Positions 14,580-29,348 of a stretch of DNA of 64,000 bases are shown here, in pieces. The translations under genes were made by a program, and so were the position numbers. Source of the DNA: Psilocybe cubensis (Eukaryota); assembly GCA_017499595.2 (NCBI GenBank), contig CM038999.1:3286001-3350000 (forward strand), given 5' to 3'. A model generated the notes under the pieces. The model did no database searches. It saw only the letters and a program-made list of their open reading frames with translations, and was not told the origin of the DNA. Each line of letters starts with the position of its first letter. The stretch's first letter is position 1.

Positions 14580-15783
14580 TTACCAGTGACCAAGCTTGAC
14601 CTGGTTACGGTCAAAGCCAATCTCAAGCCAATTATCGACCAAAGGGACGGGCTGAGCGTTCTGGCCGATACCGAGGAATCCGACTTTTTGATATACGTTG
14701 GCCGCGCGATTGTCAAGCCCAACGTAGAGAACAATATATTTCTTAGTCTGTAGCAGGCTGGTAGAAGCTATTGTAAGTTATACGCAAAACACAGCAGAGA
14801 GATAAAACGTACTGGAAACAAACTTTGCGCACAAGCCTCTCTGCGCAGCCTTGACTCCTAAAGTCAGGGTGTGTATACACCTGCAAAGACAGAATGTCAA
14901 CCGAAGTTACAATTAGATGAGAAAAATATGGGACGAACTTTGGTAATCGCTGCTGCCACGTCAGTGTTACGAGTGGTCGCAACAATGGAGGCAATGGCGG
15001 TGGGTCGTCCCGGAAATGTCGCCGTGTAAACCCACACCTGGCCGCACTGCACGAGAATCCTGGCCTCTTCCAGTGCGGCTTGCCATGAAAGTACGAAGGG
15101 CTCCTAAAATCATATCAGCATTCCAGTGAATAGAAAAACATCGGTGGACTTTTGCTTACCGATTCCTTGGCAAAGCGGAAGCACAAGTCAGCAATGCCCA
15201 CGACATCACTAGCGACTGCAGGGCGCATTTCGCAGAAAGCATTTCTGATTGGACTGACATCCCTATTGGACCTGGCCACAGAGTCTTGAGTGGCATAACT
15301 GATCTTTGCGTGGTAGTATGGCGTAGACTCGGGAGCAATGCCGGTGATCTCGGTCCATACAGAGGCAAAGGTTAAAGTCACTGTCTCTTGAGCAAAAACT
15401 GAATAGATACGTCGAGGAGAGATTAGACGGCTATGGAACAAGGTGGTTGCAATCATCGTCAGAGCCGGCCTTATGTAGTGAGGGATGAGTTGGTCGGATG
15501 GTATGGGGGTATAGATAAAGAGTGGGTAGTCTCCCATATATCCTCGAGTGCATGACGCAATGAAATACACCGCGCCAGCGACATGAACGACAATCCATAG
15601 GTGGCCATTCATGACTTGTCCCTTGCTTTCTGCAGCATAGCATTTTAGAAGAGTAGGGAGAATCAAGTTAGCGCGAACTGGATCTGAATCCAAGACGCGC
15701 TTAGCAAAGACCGGAAATCGACGCGCTTCCGAGACGGTCACAATCTGCAGTTCAGTCGAATAAGGGGAGTTCGAGACTGGCAT
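14580..15783 (-). CDS. GNAT (FR47-like) acetyltransferase-domain protein
   Basis: C-terminal acetyl-CoA motif A VYTHPDFRSQGCAERLVRKV, then IVLYVGLDNRAANVYQKVGF...WLEIGFDRNQVKLGHW*. Start uncertain (15783 or 15852). Confidence 0.8.
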
Positions 15784-18700
15784 GATAATATGAAGGGGAT
15801 TGGATGCAGACGAAAGGGTAGAGAACGGGTGGATGATAAAATGGTTGCACACAGATGGGACCTTTTATATCATCCCATAGACTGCACTGTTAACCGGAAT
15901 CGATGGAGAAAACAACTTGTAGCGGAAGCGGCAGTGTATTCTGGTGTAATCCGAGTCTTGAGTTCCTTGCCAGGCTGGAATCGATCCTAATTCAAAGATC
16001 CTATGGGCACCGCAACCGTATGAGATACTTGATTGCATGTCATCTCACACACCAAAAAAGATCCAATCATGAGATTTAGTTCCGGCAGCCTAATTCTATA
16101 GTATTTCCACGAGTATAGACCTGATTTCGGAATTGATGGAGCTTGGATGAGGGGGACTGGGTTTCCGTAGGCACAACTTGGAAAGGTGGGCACGTCCGAG
16201 ATTCCAAGTGACTCATAGAATGCCAGGTATGAACCGTACCAGCTTGTTGCCTAATTATTCCATAAAAGGTCAAAGAATCAGCACCCTAGTCATTTCCGAG
16301 TCATACTGGAGAATTTAGCGCCTTACTTGGTTTTACATTTTTCAACCACATTCCGTGGAAATGTGCGACGTTTTCCAGTGGTACAGAGCGGACACGTGTA
16401 AGTACCTGCTCGAAACGTGCCAAAACATCAAGTTTATGCAGTACAGCCTGCATGGCAGTCGTCGATACAATTCATCGTTACTCGTTGGCGCTAAAAAAGT
16501 ATTTTCCGAATGTGTTGGGAGACAGTTGAAACCAAAGAGTCCAGACTCCATTTTCGGAAGTTGATGGGCGGATAGCACCTTCCCACGTCATCCAGTGCAA
16601 TCTCGCCGGGATTCAGCGAACCCAGGTTCAATTTGGTTTCTGTGGATTTTAGCTCAACTTCTGTGCGAGTCAATCGACAAAAGCCTAATATCCAAATTTT
16701 CGTTTCCTATTACCTTAATGATACTTAATGCACGCGGCAGAGAGCATTGGAAGGACTCCTTGGTGCAAATCTTCTTCGCAATAATCCTACCGTCCCATCA
16801 AATTACCACTGTAGAGGGTTCGCACCAGGATTCTGCATGGTTTGTCTTAAAGATTTACTTGATAGTATATGATGTCACAGTACAAATAACACTACATGAA
16901 CTTCTCAGACGGATCTTGACAACAAATTCGAGTCATATTGCCCAGTATTCGTTATCTGCTTCTTCAACTGTTGACAGTGATAAGGACTGAAATCAGCGAA
17001 CTTTTCCACTTGTAGGCGAAGAATCGACAAAAAGTTTTTTTAAACTTTACCTCGAGGCGTATTTTCCCTCGATATTTCGTCGCACGATTCTTTGTAGGCT
17101 CGCAACCTTAACAGCGAGGTCTCTTCTTGGTCTCTAAGATTCCTTCTCACGAGAAACATTACCTCTTTCTGGCCATTCAATGCATTGAATTGTGATACGT
17201 TCGCGAGCAAATGACTCGCCTGCCCGTAACAACAGTGAATGATTACCTGAACATTACCTACCGTATGTATGTGATGTACTATCGTCTCTTTAAACTGTTA
17301 TCTGTACATTCTCTGTATATCTTCTTGAATATGTTTGCTATCTAGGTAATTGCAGATGCCTGTTACCAAAATCATAATGGAATTCTGTGCTGGATGATGC
17401 ACATTGCCCGTGTTACCTGAAGTATGGCCATTCGAAATAAACAGTAAAGCGAATTCCAGAGTGCAAAAGCCATTGTGCTTTTCTAACCAGAGTTAATGAT
17501 ATCAACCACGCAAATCCGCGTGAATGACCCAATCGACGGAACTGAGGTGCATACAGATGCACAACCTGATTGAAACCTTGGGATTAGTGAATCTACACAT
17601 CCATCGGCTACTTTAGTCAACGCTGTACAAAACTAGAGTATGTAGAGTAGATATTTGACAGCCACATCGAACTCAGTGATGTCGATACACACGATTGCCG
17701 AAGAATCTGGCAGAGACAAATCTTCAAGGGGGGAGGCAGATTTGCTGAGTACTCTGGAGCAGGCAATTTTACAGACACTAACTCCGTGTTGTATCTGCCA
17801 CAGCCCACATAGTACACCCATTGTACTGTTGGTATAATGGCATTAACGGCGAACCCAACATCGCGATCGAAGATCACACCGTAAATGTGAGCTTAGCGCC
17901 TTTGGTTTCTTTTGATGTGGACCGTTTGGGTTGTAATCCAAGGCTGACAATGTGGCACCCGTAATAGTACGAATACCACTGATCCCAACATCGTGTTGTC
18001 CTGTATCGAACATACCGAACCATTTTTGCGACATGTTGCTTGTTGATAACATCCGAGCGCTTATCGCAACTGATAGACCTATAAGGAACAAAGTTTGATC
18101 AAGAATTAGTGACTGTGGCAATGCCCAAACTGCCATGGATTTGCCATTCACCCGTTAATATTATCGTGAGAATCTTTTTGAATCCGACCCAGGAGATGCG
18201 CAACTTCAATTGCAGCAAGATTCGCATGTCACCCCCCTTAAGTCCACTGAATCATAGCCTCTTCACTACGCTACAAATTTGGCCTTTTCACACGGAAAAT
18301 TCTAATTGAAATTCGGGGTAGCTGGGCCCCAAAGCGTATTCACCATTCTGAGGCCATCTGTATTATTATAAAAGACCAACGTACATCTAACATAGCAATG
18401 TAAACCAGAGGAGTAAAATTAAGCATTATCCGTGCAATGAATATGTTTAAATTTTAGAATATGACATACTAGATCATGATTGCGCATTAGAAGAAAATCA
18501 GGGTTAATCGGAACTCCAATGTGTTTGGGTTTTCATCTGAATTATTTAACCTCATCGAGTTGGCCAACGTATAAAGTGCTAACGGAACTTAATCAATAGC
18601 TATTCTCTTATTGGTGCATTGATAAAAAGCTGAAGATACGAGGTTATCATGTACTCCACGCCCTTCACTTGCGGTATTGTTATATCGTGTCTATTTTAAG

Positions 18701-21700
18701 TGGCATATGCCGCAATAGTGTGGAGATCGGATATTTCAGCTGTCCTTCTTACAGTTCACCATATGTTTTTTGATGCCACTATCCACTCCACTATCAAGAT
18801 GGGGATTGTGAAAAATTATGTTTCACTCCCTCGTTGACCGTGCATTAATCAATACTGTAGGCTTGCTTGTATCTCAATACTAGTATCACACACCTATAAT
18901 TTTTTGCAAAATTTTCCAATTACACTCACATTTCTGTTAAGGCAAGTGTCTTTTGGAACTTCCACGCATCTGTGTAGATGCCACCCAATAGGGCAAAGCA
19001 ACGCGCTTCTCGGCCTCTCCCAGTTTCCCAGAAGCCAAATGTGTCAACACATGTCTCAACTCGGTACCATCTATCAAGGATGTGACACAAGCACGCGAAT
19101 CTTGCTCCTATATAGATTATAATTAGGCGCCAGTGCTGATTTTGGGCGCTGCCAAGGTCGAATTGCCCTCTGCTACATTGTCATAACATTGTCAATTTAA
19201 GAACAAAAGAATTTATCTCGGGATAAATTGTGGGACTGTACTTCATTTTATTTACTCAGAAGGTCAACCGACTGTCTCTACACTGCTGCACCGCTGCGAT
19301 GAATAAAAAGGCGCCCGTGACATCATGGCATTTGCCGACATCATCGATTGCCATCATTCATCATTTGACTTGTGCATGACTCATGATCATCATGCATGAA
19401 GCTTGAAGCTTGAAGCCCGAGCCAATGACAGTCCAACCGGTTGGTCATCTCACATGTTGAACTTTGTTAAGGACTACTGTTTAAAACGTACCGCCCTCTG
19501 TACAGAAGCTCAAGGATCATTTGTCTCTGTCGATATTTTTAAATTTGGGCCCAAGTAAATAAGCAAAACAAGAACAACAATGAAAGACTGAGATACTAAA
19601 CTGAGAATTTTTAATGATTCACTCTCAGTTGCAAATCAGCAATATGACTTCACAATAGTTACACTTTGTACTGAACAGTGTTTGTTTTGACAAACATAGG
19701 CAGCAAAACGAGGGCTGGAGGAATACACTTCAGAAAGCCATTTGTGCCTATTGCTTCTCTTCGTTAGATCTAAAGAGCTCACAAAATAAAGTTCAGTAAA
19801 TCTCATCGCTTGTAAACGGATCTGTCAAATTTGCATCCGTTTAACACGCAACCAAATTATCACCCTCCGTTCTTTCATGTTTTCAACTTGTCTACTTGGA
19901 TACATAGTTTCACGATGCCTTGTAATTTGATGCGACCTCAAAGAGACACCAGCTCCAAGTTTGATAATAATAGTTGTTGAACTCAGTTTTTACGCTGAAC
20001 TAAATTCAACCATTAGTTGTAGAATTGGAGTGACAAAACGTGCCTGGCTAAATTGGATGTTGAGTTCAAATGTCTTTTTACGGTTTAGTGTATAGCCACG
20101 GAGGAGTAAGCCCGCCTACGAGCATGGTTGAATAAATTATACTACGAGAATCATTCTAGACATGTACCCGGCTACGATTATGGAGGTATAGACTCAACAC
20201 AACGTCTATGGATGGAATGTTAAAATCAAAGCTATGCTTTTTTAGTCAAGCTTTGTGGATTAGAATTATTTAAGACAGTAGCGAATCAATGGATCTAAAA
20301 GATGAATCCGAGTACCAAAACGGATTACATTCAACTTATGGGTAGTGTATCTGTACCTAACAAAATCCGTAAACCTAAGAGAAATCTGCAATTCGCAAGC
20401 AGAAAGTAGAGACAAGCGCCGACAATCTACTTCAAATCACATCCATGTAAAGTTTGATTTCCGTCCGATTTCCACTTGTGCTCTGTGACTTTCAAACAGC
20501 TTGTCAAAAGACTGGATGCAGTTTGTTCCAATGGAGCCTAATTGCACCCTGAAACAGTTTAAAACTCTTTCTTGAAGATTTTTTTGGCTTCTGAGTAGTA
20601 CATAGCCTGGATTTTAAGAAATCACATTGCAAATTGCAGTACTTGCACAGAACAGTATTCCTTTTGTGTACCGCCAGAACACGGATAGAATTGAGCTAAC
20701 CCTTTCTTTGTCCATGAGGGCTTGCGAGGTTAACTTATGTTTATGCTATCCTAGGTTCATCGAAGAAACCACCGATACGGTTTCCGATTGATATTGTACT
20801 TGCTGTCACCTCTTTGGCGTAAGACAGAGCTTAATGCCCCGGAAACCTTAGATTCATTTACACCCACCGTGAGGAAGTAAAACCTTAGAGCAATGGTTCA
20901 TTTTTGGATTCAATCCTGAGTCTTTTGGGGTGCATGTACCAATATACATTGTTTTTACCATACACACCATCCGTGAAACACCAATCTTGACGGCTTTCCA
21001 CGCGGTATATAACAACATCTGGCATCAAAATGTTGCCTAAGTTCATTTTGATGTTTTAAATCCCTAATTAGTGAATTTTCTTAGTAACAGTGATGAAGGA
21101 GCCATGGGTATCGGAATTATTGCACGGGGCCTCATAGATACTTCCTGGCCGACACTGATTTCATTCAAACCAAGTCGATCCATCTCTGTTCCTCATACTG
21201 TGCGACGGAGAATAGTATTTTAGATGCTGTTGAGAACAGAAATAAAGCAGAGTATTGGGATTTATATGTATCTTTTTTTTCAGATTGTTGCAATAATACT
21301 GGCTATTGGGTGTTTTGTCAAAAAGCGAGGTGTTTGCTTTCCATCAGTCAATGAGCCCCGTAGATGTATGTTGCTATTACTCATATACGCATCATTCTTG
21401 TTATTTATGTTTCGGTTTAAGGACGATGTCTCTACTATCTTTGTTTGCACCGTTGTACGGGAGCGTTACACCGATACTTTTTATCTTTGTTAGTAACGCT
21501 AAGATCTAAGAATGTAGTGGCCCTTCGTTTGAAGGTGGTATAATCCCAATTTGGAATCGTTAGCATGAAATCCTTATGCTGAATAACGCAGACAGCTGAC
21601 GTTTAGGTCTTGATGCGCAACTCCACACTGGCCCGTACTATATATATCCTCCGAAGGTTAAAAGCGCCTATACAGGCGCTAAAATTGGAAGTTTAATCTC

Positions 21701-23240
21701 CGACGTTTTCACCTCCGTGTGTTGATAATCGTTGCACAGCATGCTATGTATGCTGTTCTATGCCACTCCCTGAGGATCGGATGGATGTTTTGAGACTAAA
21801 ACATGCAGTTGGGGACGAAATGACTCTTCTTTGCCATTTCATAAATCATGCTATTCGCTCCAGTTGTTTGTCCGATTTTCAACGTCAACAACGACAGTTA
21901 TATTGGCAACGATATATCAAAGCGAGGAATCACTGCCGTAACTAACAAAAGAATGATTGATATTCATTCAACTGCAAATCTTGAAGAGCATCTCAGCGAC
22001 TTAGGAACAAGGTGGCGACATCTGCACTCAACGTCGTGATAGTTAGTAGATCAAGACGACGTAGGAGTGTGTCGCCCGAATCTTTTCAAACCTTTGAGAA
22101 AAACGTAAAAAATTGGGAAATATTCAAGCCGTGGGCGTAAAATACATTGGAACAGTGTGTATAGACGAGAATAAGTGTTCTGGAGCGTTCTAAGAGAACA
22201 CTCTCACTGACATGCATGTTTCCGCTCTGTCATTCTATTTTTCTTTCGTTAATTACGCGCAGACATCGGGTAACCACATTGTTTGTCCCAGATTCTGATT
22301 ATTGTGAAAGCAAGAAGCCAGACCATATGGCTCGATAGCAAAAAACACATCAGTCGTCAAAAAAACATATTGATGAACGATGCCAATTACGCGGTTTTAC
22401 ACTTCTCATTGCGATGCGGTGTCTGACAAACAGACTTACAGACTCACAAGACAAACTTTACGTACTGATCCGCCTCTTGAACGACGCGTCATAATTGGCA
22501 CAGACCCGACTAATCACAGAACGTTTTTTTTGAGAGAGAGGACGCGTCCATTAGTCATGACTTCTTCTTCATATGATAACATCAGTCCGTCAATGTCATC
22601 GCTCTTTTCTGGTCATCGATCAGTCGAAGCCTCATGCTCCTGCGATGTCAGGCACCAAGGCACCCCTTCAGCCTGTGTGCCGTATTACATTTTTACATCT
22701 CAGCCGAGGGATGGATCCTACACTTTCGGACGGATTCTCTCATAACTTATTCCATCACAACACAAGAAAATCTTTTCATTCCGTCTACTCGTAACTCAAG
22801 AATGACTTCCACAATCATAGCACATCTGAACATCTGGATATTTGTCTCTTTCATTCCGGTACTACATTTGTACCGAGTCAACTGTCTAATACAACTCTGA
22901 TAGTCATTGGTTAACTCAAGAAACTTTTAGAGATTTTGGTTTCTGATTTGCTCCACATAGTGCGAATCCACTCGGAACTTGGAAAGAAGGTCGAAAGATG
23001 CATAGAGATCACAGCAAGAAAGTGTATAAACGGGAACAACTCTACATGGGTGACCACTGCCTCAGCCCCCTAAGTGTGCAAGCTGTGCTAGTGTACCGCA
23101 TTCGCGCACCGAAAGCCGAAATGGCACGTGAGTTTCGCGAAACGTCATTGGCGTTAGGAACCTCGTCAACTTCAGTGGTGTGTACGTATATCACCCAACT
23201 GTGTATGCATGACTGGATATCAGAAAGCTATGTACTGCGA

Positions 23241-23264
23241 ACACAAACACAAACACAAACACAA
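23241..23264 (+). repeat. (ACACAA)4 microsatellite
   Basis: Read directly; downstream of the subtilisin gene. Confidence 0.8.
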
Positions 23265-23848
23265 AAAATATAAACTATATATACATATGACCTCACCAGA
23301 AGAAGATCCGAAGGTCCCCCAATCTGCGGGTGTCAAACAAGAAATGAGAACAAAAACAAATATGTATGTTATGTCTGAATATATGTACAACTAAGGACGC
23401 AGGTGAGCGCGCCGTGAGATGGTGACTGTGAGAGGTGACAAATGCCAGGATCATGGTTGGATAAATTGTAGATGCGATAAAAGTCTAGACTTGTGGGTTG
23501 GGATGAGATGGGAATACGACAGTGTTGGAATGCGACGCTTGGTGGGGGAGAATGGCAATGCGTATGTAAATCAAAGACAGTCGTCGGGGTATAACCAAAG
23601 GAAAGTCAAATCAACAAGGACAGAAGGCCTAAGAGAACATTGGGGAATAGTCGTTGATAGCAGAGTCCGCATGTCAAGTTGGCCAGTAACACGCCAGTGA
23701 AGGCGTTGGCCAGCCTTGTCTTTGAGTCCACCAACCATCCCCCCAGCGTCAAGAATGACGAACGGATAAACCTCAACAAGATCATTTCAGTCTACAACAT
23801 AACCTACCACGACCGAGACACCATTCCCTGCTCCTAATCATACCCCAT

Positions 23849-25505
23849 TCAGGCAGAAGAGGTGTAGTTATTGAAGATCAACTTGTTCACTGTCTTCGCT
23901 GGGAGATCAGACAGGACGTCTGGTGTCGACAGAGCAATGAGAGCCTTCTTCAACTGAGCAGGGGTGAGAGTGCTAGGGATGGGAGCAACATCGTCAGCGT
24001 TGCCGAGCACGATATCGAAGAACTTGGGGGAGGGGAGATATGTAGTCATGAAGGATGGGAGAGCACGATGCACAACAGCGTAAAGTGATGAGGGTGAGAC
24101 GGATTGGGTGAAGGGGGAAGATAGTACACGCTGGGATTGGAGGGAGAGAAGCTCATCCGCAGAGTTGAAAGAAGGGTCAAATTCCTTTGATGGGTAGATA
24201 GAAAGAAGGTAGGCAAGGAGTCCAGCGGTGTGGGGGGATGCCATGGAGGTACCAGAGAGGGTGGCAATAGCAGTGTTGCTTCCCTTGAAAGTGGACACAA
24301 TGTTCAAACCAGGAGCGAAGACGTCAACACATTCGCCGTGGTTGGAGAAATAGGCGCGTTCATCACCCAAAGTGGAGGCTCCGACAGTGACAGCATTGGC
24401 AGCAGCAGCAGGAGAGTAGTTGCAGGCGTCACGGTTGTCATTACCTATACGTGGGTTAGACTAATAGATGATTGGATTGATCATTGTACACACCAGCAGC
24501 AACGGCGAAGTGGAGTCCACCCTTAACGGCCTTGTTGACGGCGTCGTCCAAGGCTTGCGACTTTCCACCTCCAAGGCTCATGTTAGCAACAGATCCTTTG
24601 TGCTTGGTCTTTCCAGTGGAGGCAAGTTCGGCAGCAGCAGCGGCAGCCTTGACTTTGGCCTGGTTGGCAGCCCAGACGACACCAGAGACAACGTCAGACA
24701 TGCTGCCACTTCCATTGGAGCCCAAGACCTTGACAGCAATGACATTGGCCTTCTTCGCGACACCGTACTTCTTGGAGGCAATGGTACCCGCGCAGTGGGT
24801 TCCATGACCGTTGCCATCGTCGTCAACGTCGTTGGCGGGGACGGTCTTGCCCCATGAAGCACGACCTTCGAATTCCACGTGCGCCACGTTAATGCCAGTG
24901 TCAATGACGTATACGTCAACACCGTCTCCGCCGTCAGAGTTGTACAGATACTTGGTGAAAGTACCGAAAGTCAACTTGGGACGGTGACTGATACGAGCAA
25001 GACCCTATTTGGAGAATGAACATCAGAATTCAAATTGACACAACACGGGGCGGTGCAGAGAGTAAGATAAGAGATAACTTACCCAAGGAGCGCCTTTCTG
25101 GACTTCCTGTGTGCGCACAATCTGGTCCTTCTCCACATATGCGACCTCTGGCATCTTCCTGATTTGGTCTACGACCGAGTCAGTGAAACGGCCAGCGTAG
25201 CCATTGATGTGGCCGTCGTAGACCTGTTGTACACCAGCAAAGTCGTCGCCAACGAGCGGGTCCGAGGCGTGGGCGGCCTGGAGGAAGTTCATGTGGTTCT
25301 GAATGAGACTAGAAGGGATGTCATCCTTGAGCACAACGATGTATGAGTTGTTAATGGAGCCATAAATGTGCTCTGTAGCGACGAGGGGGGCTACGGATAG
25401 GGGAGAAGAGGGGGCCTGGAAGTTGGGGCTAGTGGAGAGGGGGGTGGAGAAGGCGGTGGAGGCTATTGAGACCGCCAGCAGGGACCATTGGAATAGGGCG
25501 GACAT
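23849..25505 (-). CDS. Vacuolar subtilisin-like serine protease (S8, proteinase B/cerevisin-like) with I9 propeptide
   Basis: Signal peptide; I9 region SYIVVLK...GYAGRF...VAYVEKDQ; catalytic motifs [17 protein letters not shown] and [10 protein letters not shown]; insertion [13 protein letters not shown] typical of the vacuolar clade. Confidence 0.93.
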
Positions 25506-26130
25506 GGTTGTGGTTGTAAGGAAAGACAGGCTTACGCGGAGCTGGGGAAGTCATAGTCATTTGTTGTTCCTTATTTGGCAATAGCTCCCGCCCACGTCAG
25601 TCCGATTCAGTCGAGTCACCATACGGAGCCCCTTCCGGCTTTTGCTATCGTGTATGTATTGCCTCCATAACATATAACTCACATGTCTCCTCTCTCGGGG
25701 AATCGTTCCTCGACTCCAGTTTCCGAGGGCATAACTATGTACAGATGCTGGAGCGTTCTCTTGGCACTCGAAAGTAACAAAAATGCGGTACTCCAATTAG
25801 GCAAACGGTCATACTCAATACATAGCAGTATGGCATCAGTGCGCCACTTTTTTCGCGACAATGTGCAGCAGAACGTTGGAAATGCATCATATATTTTCGG
25901 GATAGCTAGACAACGCACAATGCTTGGCTCCGCTCCAGTAGCTTCCAGTTCAATTTCAACAAACAGCAATGCGCAGCACAGTAACAGACGAAATTATCTT
26001 CCATCACAACTTTCCTTACATATACACTAGTAGGCATTGTAGCACGACAGAGCGACATCGCAGCTAAATACGTCTTGTCGCTAACAGTACCTCCACGGCC
26101 CGGTCTTCACAAGCTCGCGTCGCCTCACCT

Positions 26131-29100
26131 TTACTCGGGTTCAATCAACCCCAAAAACCCATACGACCAAAGTTGGATCGCATCAGACTCTACCCCGCTC
26201 GACAGTGCCGCTATATCCGCCACAGAAAACGTCTTTGTGCTCTGATCAAACGCATACGACCACACCTCGGAATAGATGTCTGTTCATTAAACATCCAGTC
26301 TATTTTTAGCACATGTTCGGCTACACATCCTCCCAAGAAAAGCCAAGCCACCCCAAAACGAGTGGCAGCATAGGAGAGAAGACTATCAGATAGACTGTGC
26401 AACTCACTATCAGAAGCACCGTTGATAGAGGCCCATAAGCGTGTCTGTGCATCCTGCAAGCTCTGCACGAGTTCTGCATCGCCGCACCAGGCCGGGGGTG
26501 GAGAAGGCAGTGGATTAATATCCACACTCGTTGTATTCGTTAGGCAGAATTTCAGCTGTCTTGCTAGTCCTCCGGCCATTAACGCTTGCTGGAACGACCT
26601 GAGCGACGGAGGTGACGTGTCATTTGTACCATAAGGGTAAATAGACGTTAGCGCTAGAATCCAGAGAAAGAGGTGACCAAACGTTACGCAGTTCGACTCA
26701 CCAAACAACTGTTCCATGATACGCTGTTCGGTCTAAAAGCTGTATATCGGCAGTGTTGGAATCATATGCTGGGTTGGCCACCACCATTCCAATGTTTGTC
26801 AAAAGACCTGCACAATATCTAGTATGCGATGGAGCACAATGGAAGACAAATTTACACAGCATACCTCGGGGGTAAGGCGTCAAAGCGTCAACCACACGCT
26901 GCAAAAATACCGCGCTCACGTTCGTGCCGTACATCAAATTGAATCCCAAATCCGAATTGAGGACCTACAGATTGATCGAACCGATTAATCAAAACACAGT
27001 AAGCGCGACCCTTCCAGTAAATCGCGCGATTCTCTGTAGAGCCAAATACAACGCCACCTTACTCACCTCAACTGGAGTTCCATCAGGCATCAACGATAGC
27101 GCGTAGAAGCTAACATTTCCCGTCGTCGCCGTCCCATTACCCAACAAACTGTCATCTAGGTCAACAGCTTGCACAAAGTTCTTAAGCCTCTGCTCCGCCG
27201 TATCAGCATCCACCACGACCTCAAACATGCCTGGCGCCTCGCTTTCCCACTTTTCCGCCATCTGCACAATATTCGTCGCACCGCCATCCACATCGAGATC
27301 TTGAAGGCTGAGAATCCCCGAGCGGGCGAGGCTATCTATTGCACGTAGGTTGGCTGGAACAAGCGCGACATTAACGTCGAATGGTATGGTGCCGAATCCG
27401 GTTCCGCCATTGCTGTCCCGCCAGTTTCCAACAGTCTCCCCTGGCCGGAACGCAAGCAATTGAGAAGATGTCGCTGGATTTGCAGTAAAGAATGGCAAAG
27501 CGCGGTTGACATTATAGGACGCGATCCTGATAACAAACAAACGTTATAACCTTTCGCGCAGAATGATGGTGGAGAAGGGCGCTCTCTTACCTGTTAATGA
27601 TATCCAGGTACGTTCCGTTCTGTAACGTTGCCTGCTTCGATAAAAATTGAGCAGATCGATTCTGTCCCTGAGGCAACTCTACAAAGTAGTGTTGCAGTGC
27701 AGGTAGGAGCAACAGGTCTGTTAATCGACATTTAAGATAATTTCATTGGATTGAATAGGCAAAAAAAATATATACCTGTATCAATCATCTATAGTAGTCT
27801 ATGTTAGCTGCATCATAATAGGAACAGTGAGAAGTACTATACTTTATAGTCATAAAACGGAGTGTTTCCAAGATCGGGTCTGCCATTTCCAATGTTGACC
27901 TGAATACGATAATTAGATAATTACCTCGATATAAACATACTGTTCAACGTACGAACGACGCATAATCCCCTGAGAGTATCCAATGTTATGAGAAATAACA
28001 ATTAACGAATATTTAGTATGAAGACGAACCAATTGTTTCCTCGTGGCACAAAGCACCAGTGCTATTGGCTCTTTCAATAACAGCACCAAGGGCATCTTCA
28101 ATGGCGCTTGGTGTGAGCAGCGGCATTAGCATCCGCAATGCGATAAGTGAATCCCGTCCAAAGTACTTCGAACATGAAGAAAATGGTCAAAATTCAGATA
28201 GATGGGTAGTGGGAGGACTAAACCTCACAGTTAAAAATCTCCATCCTCCCGCCGTGAACTTGTTCTGGAAAGTCAAGAACGAAACCTTACAATATCATGT
28301 TAGTGATTTGACCACATATACAAGGAAATAGAATATCAGGAAGGACCTACTTGCTCGGAAACATCTGCAGGTAAGTTTTGCAATGCAGTTTTAACACTAT
28401 CCGTCGCAGCATCAACAGGGCTCAAGAACAAGTCGCCTACATCCAGTCCCGCAAGGCTTGTCTCGTTCGTCACCACCTGTATGCGGACGTTGTATTTCGC
28501 GTCAACCGTCGGAGGTCTCATTCCAGCCACCGGTTGACGTTGGACAGTAGGTATAACAATGTTAATAACAGGAGAGGATTCATTTCGCGCGTCGACAGAG
28601 AATCTCGCAGAGCTTCCGGGTGGTACTGAGAGGTAGAGATCGACGGATTTGAACGTCTGGGCCGACGGCTTAGCTTTGAGAATGGTATTGTCAGTGGAGC
28701 TCAGGACGTCATGTGTTTCTGGAGATACAGATGTGCTGTTTATGTACTGCCTGTGGAGCCTGACCTCTGTCGGGGAATGAGATGCCAAGGTATAGTTAAA
28801 TATTTCGTGCATAGTCCCAGAGCCTTCGACGTAATCTTATGTTCGACATAGTTGATCTCGCTCAATTACAATGTCCACGCTCATCATTATTCGAAAGTCT
28901 CACCTCTTAAAGCTCGTACAGCACCAACAATTGTAACGCCTAAAGTCGCATTGGCGGTAAGCGTCATATCAGCCTGAATTCCGCGGTTTCCGTCCGCCAG
29001 GGAAACACTTTTCATCGAGCCATTCACCAGTTCCAGGTTGAGAGGAACCGAAGAGGGTTCTTTTTGGGGTAGGAAATAGACCAACGCTCCATTATTCCCT

Positions 29101-29348
29101 GCTGGAAGAGCCGCAACAAGACGTCGGGTAACGTTGTTACTGGCGGTGGTGCTCGTCAGCAGTAATTGGGCGGTCGTGATGTTATCCCGATAGAAATAGT
29201 TCTCGTTACTTCCACTTGTGACGTGAAATGTCGTGGCCGATACAAGAGGGGGGGATTTAGCAGCAGCGAACAGTAATACACCATCTCCAAGATAAAATTC
29301 CCGAGCAACGAGCGAATACACTAGGAAAAGTGCGGTAAGAATGCCCAT
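26131..29348 (-). CDS. Secreted uncharacterised six-hairpin glycosidase-like protein (glycogen-debranching-like FGRDS family)
   Basis: Hydrophobic N-terminus MGILTALFLVYSLVA (alternative ATG 29417). Spliced motifs KFTAGGWRFLTYFGRDSLIALRML, LCHEETIG, PFYDYKMIDTD, VGNWRDSNGGTGFGTIPFDVN, AYHGTVVWSFQQALMA, ESDAIQLWSYGFL..*. Confidence 0.72.

Noticed and set aside
20753-20830. F-box-like fragment (RFPIDIVLAV)
   Set aside because: Too short and followed by stops; cannot be distinguished from chance.
22802-22930. Possible tiny spliced ORF MTSTIIAHLNIWIFVSFIP...
   Set aside because: Only ~27 aa, weak donor site, no CaaX or other recognisable motif.
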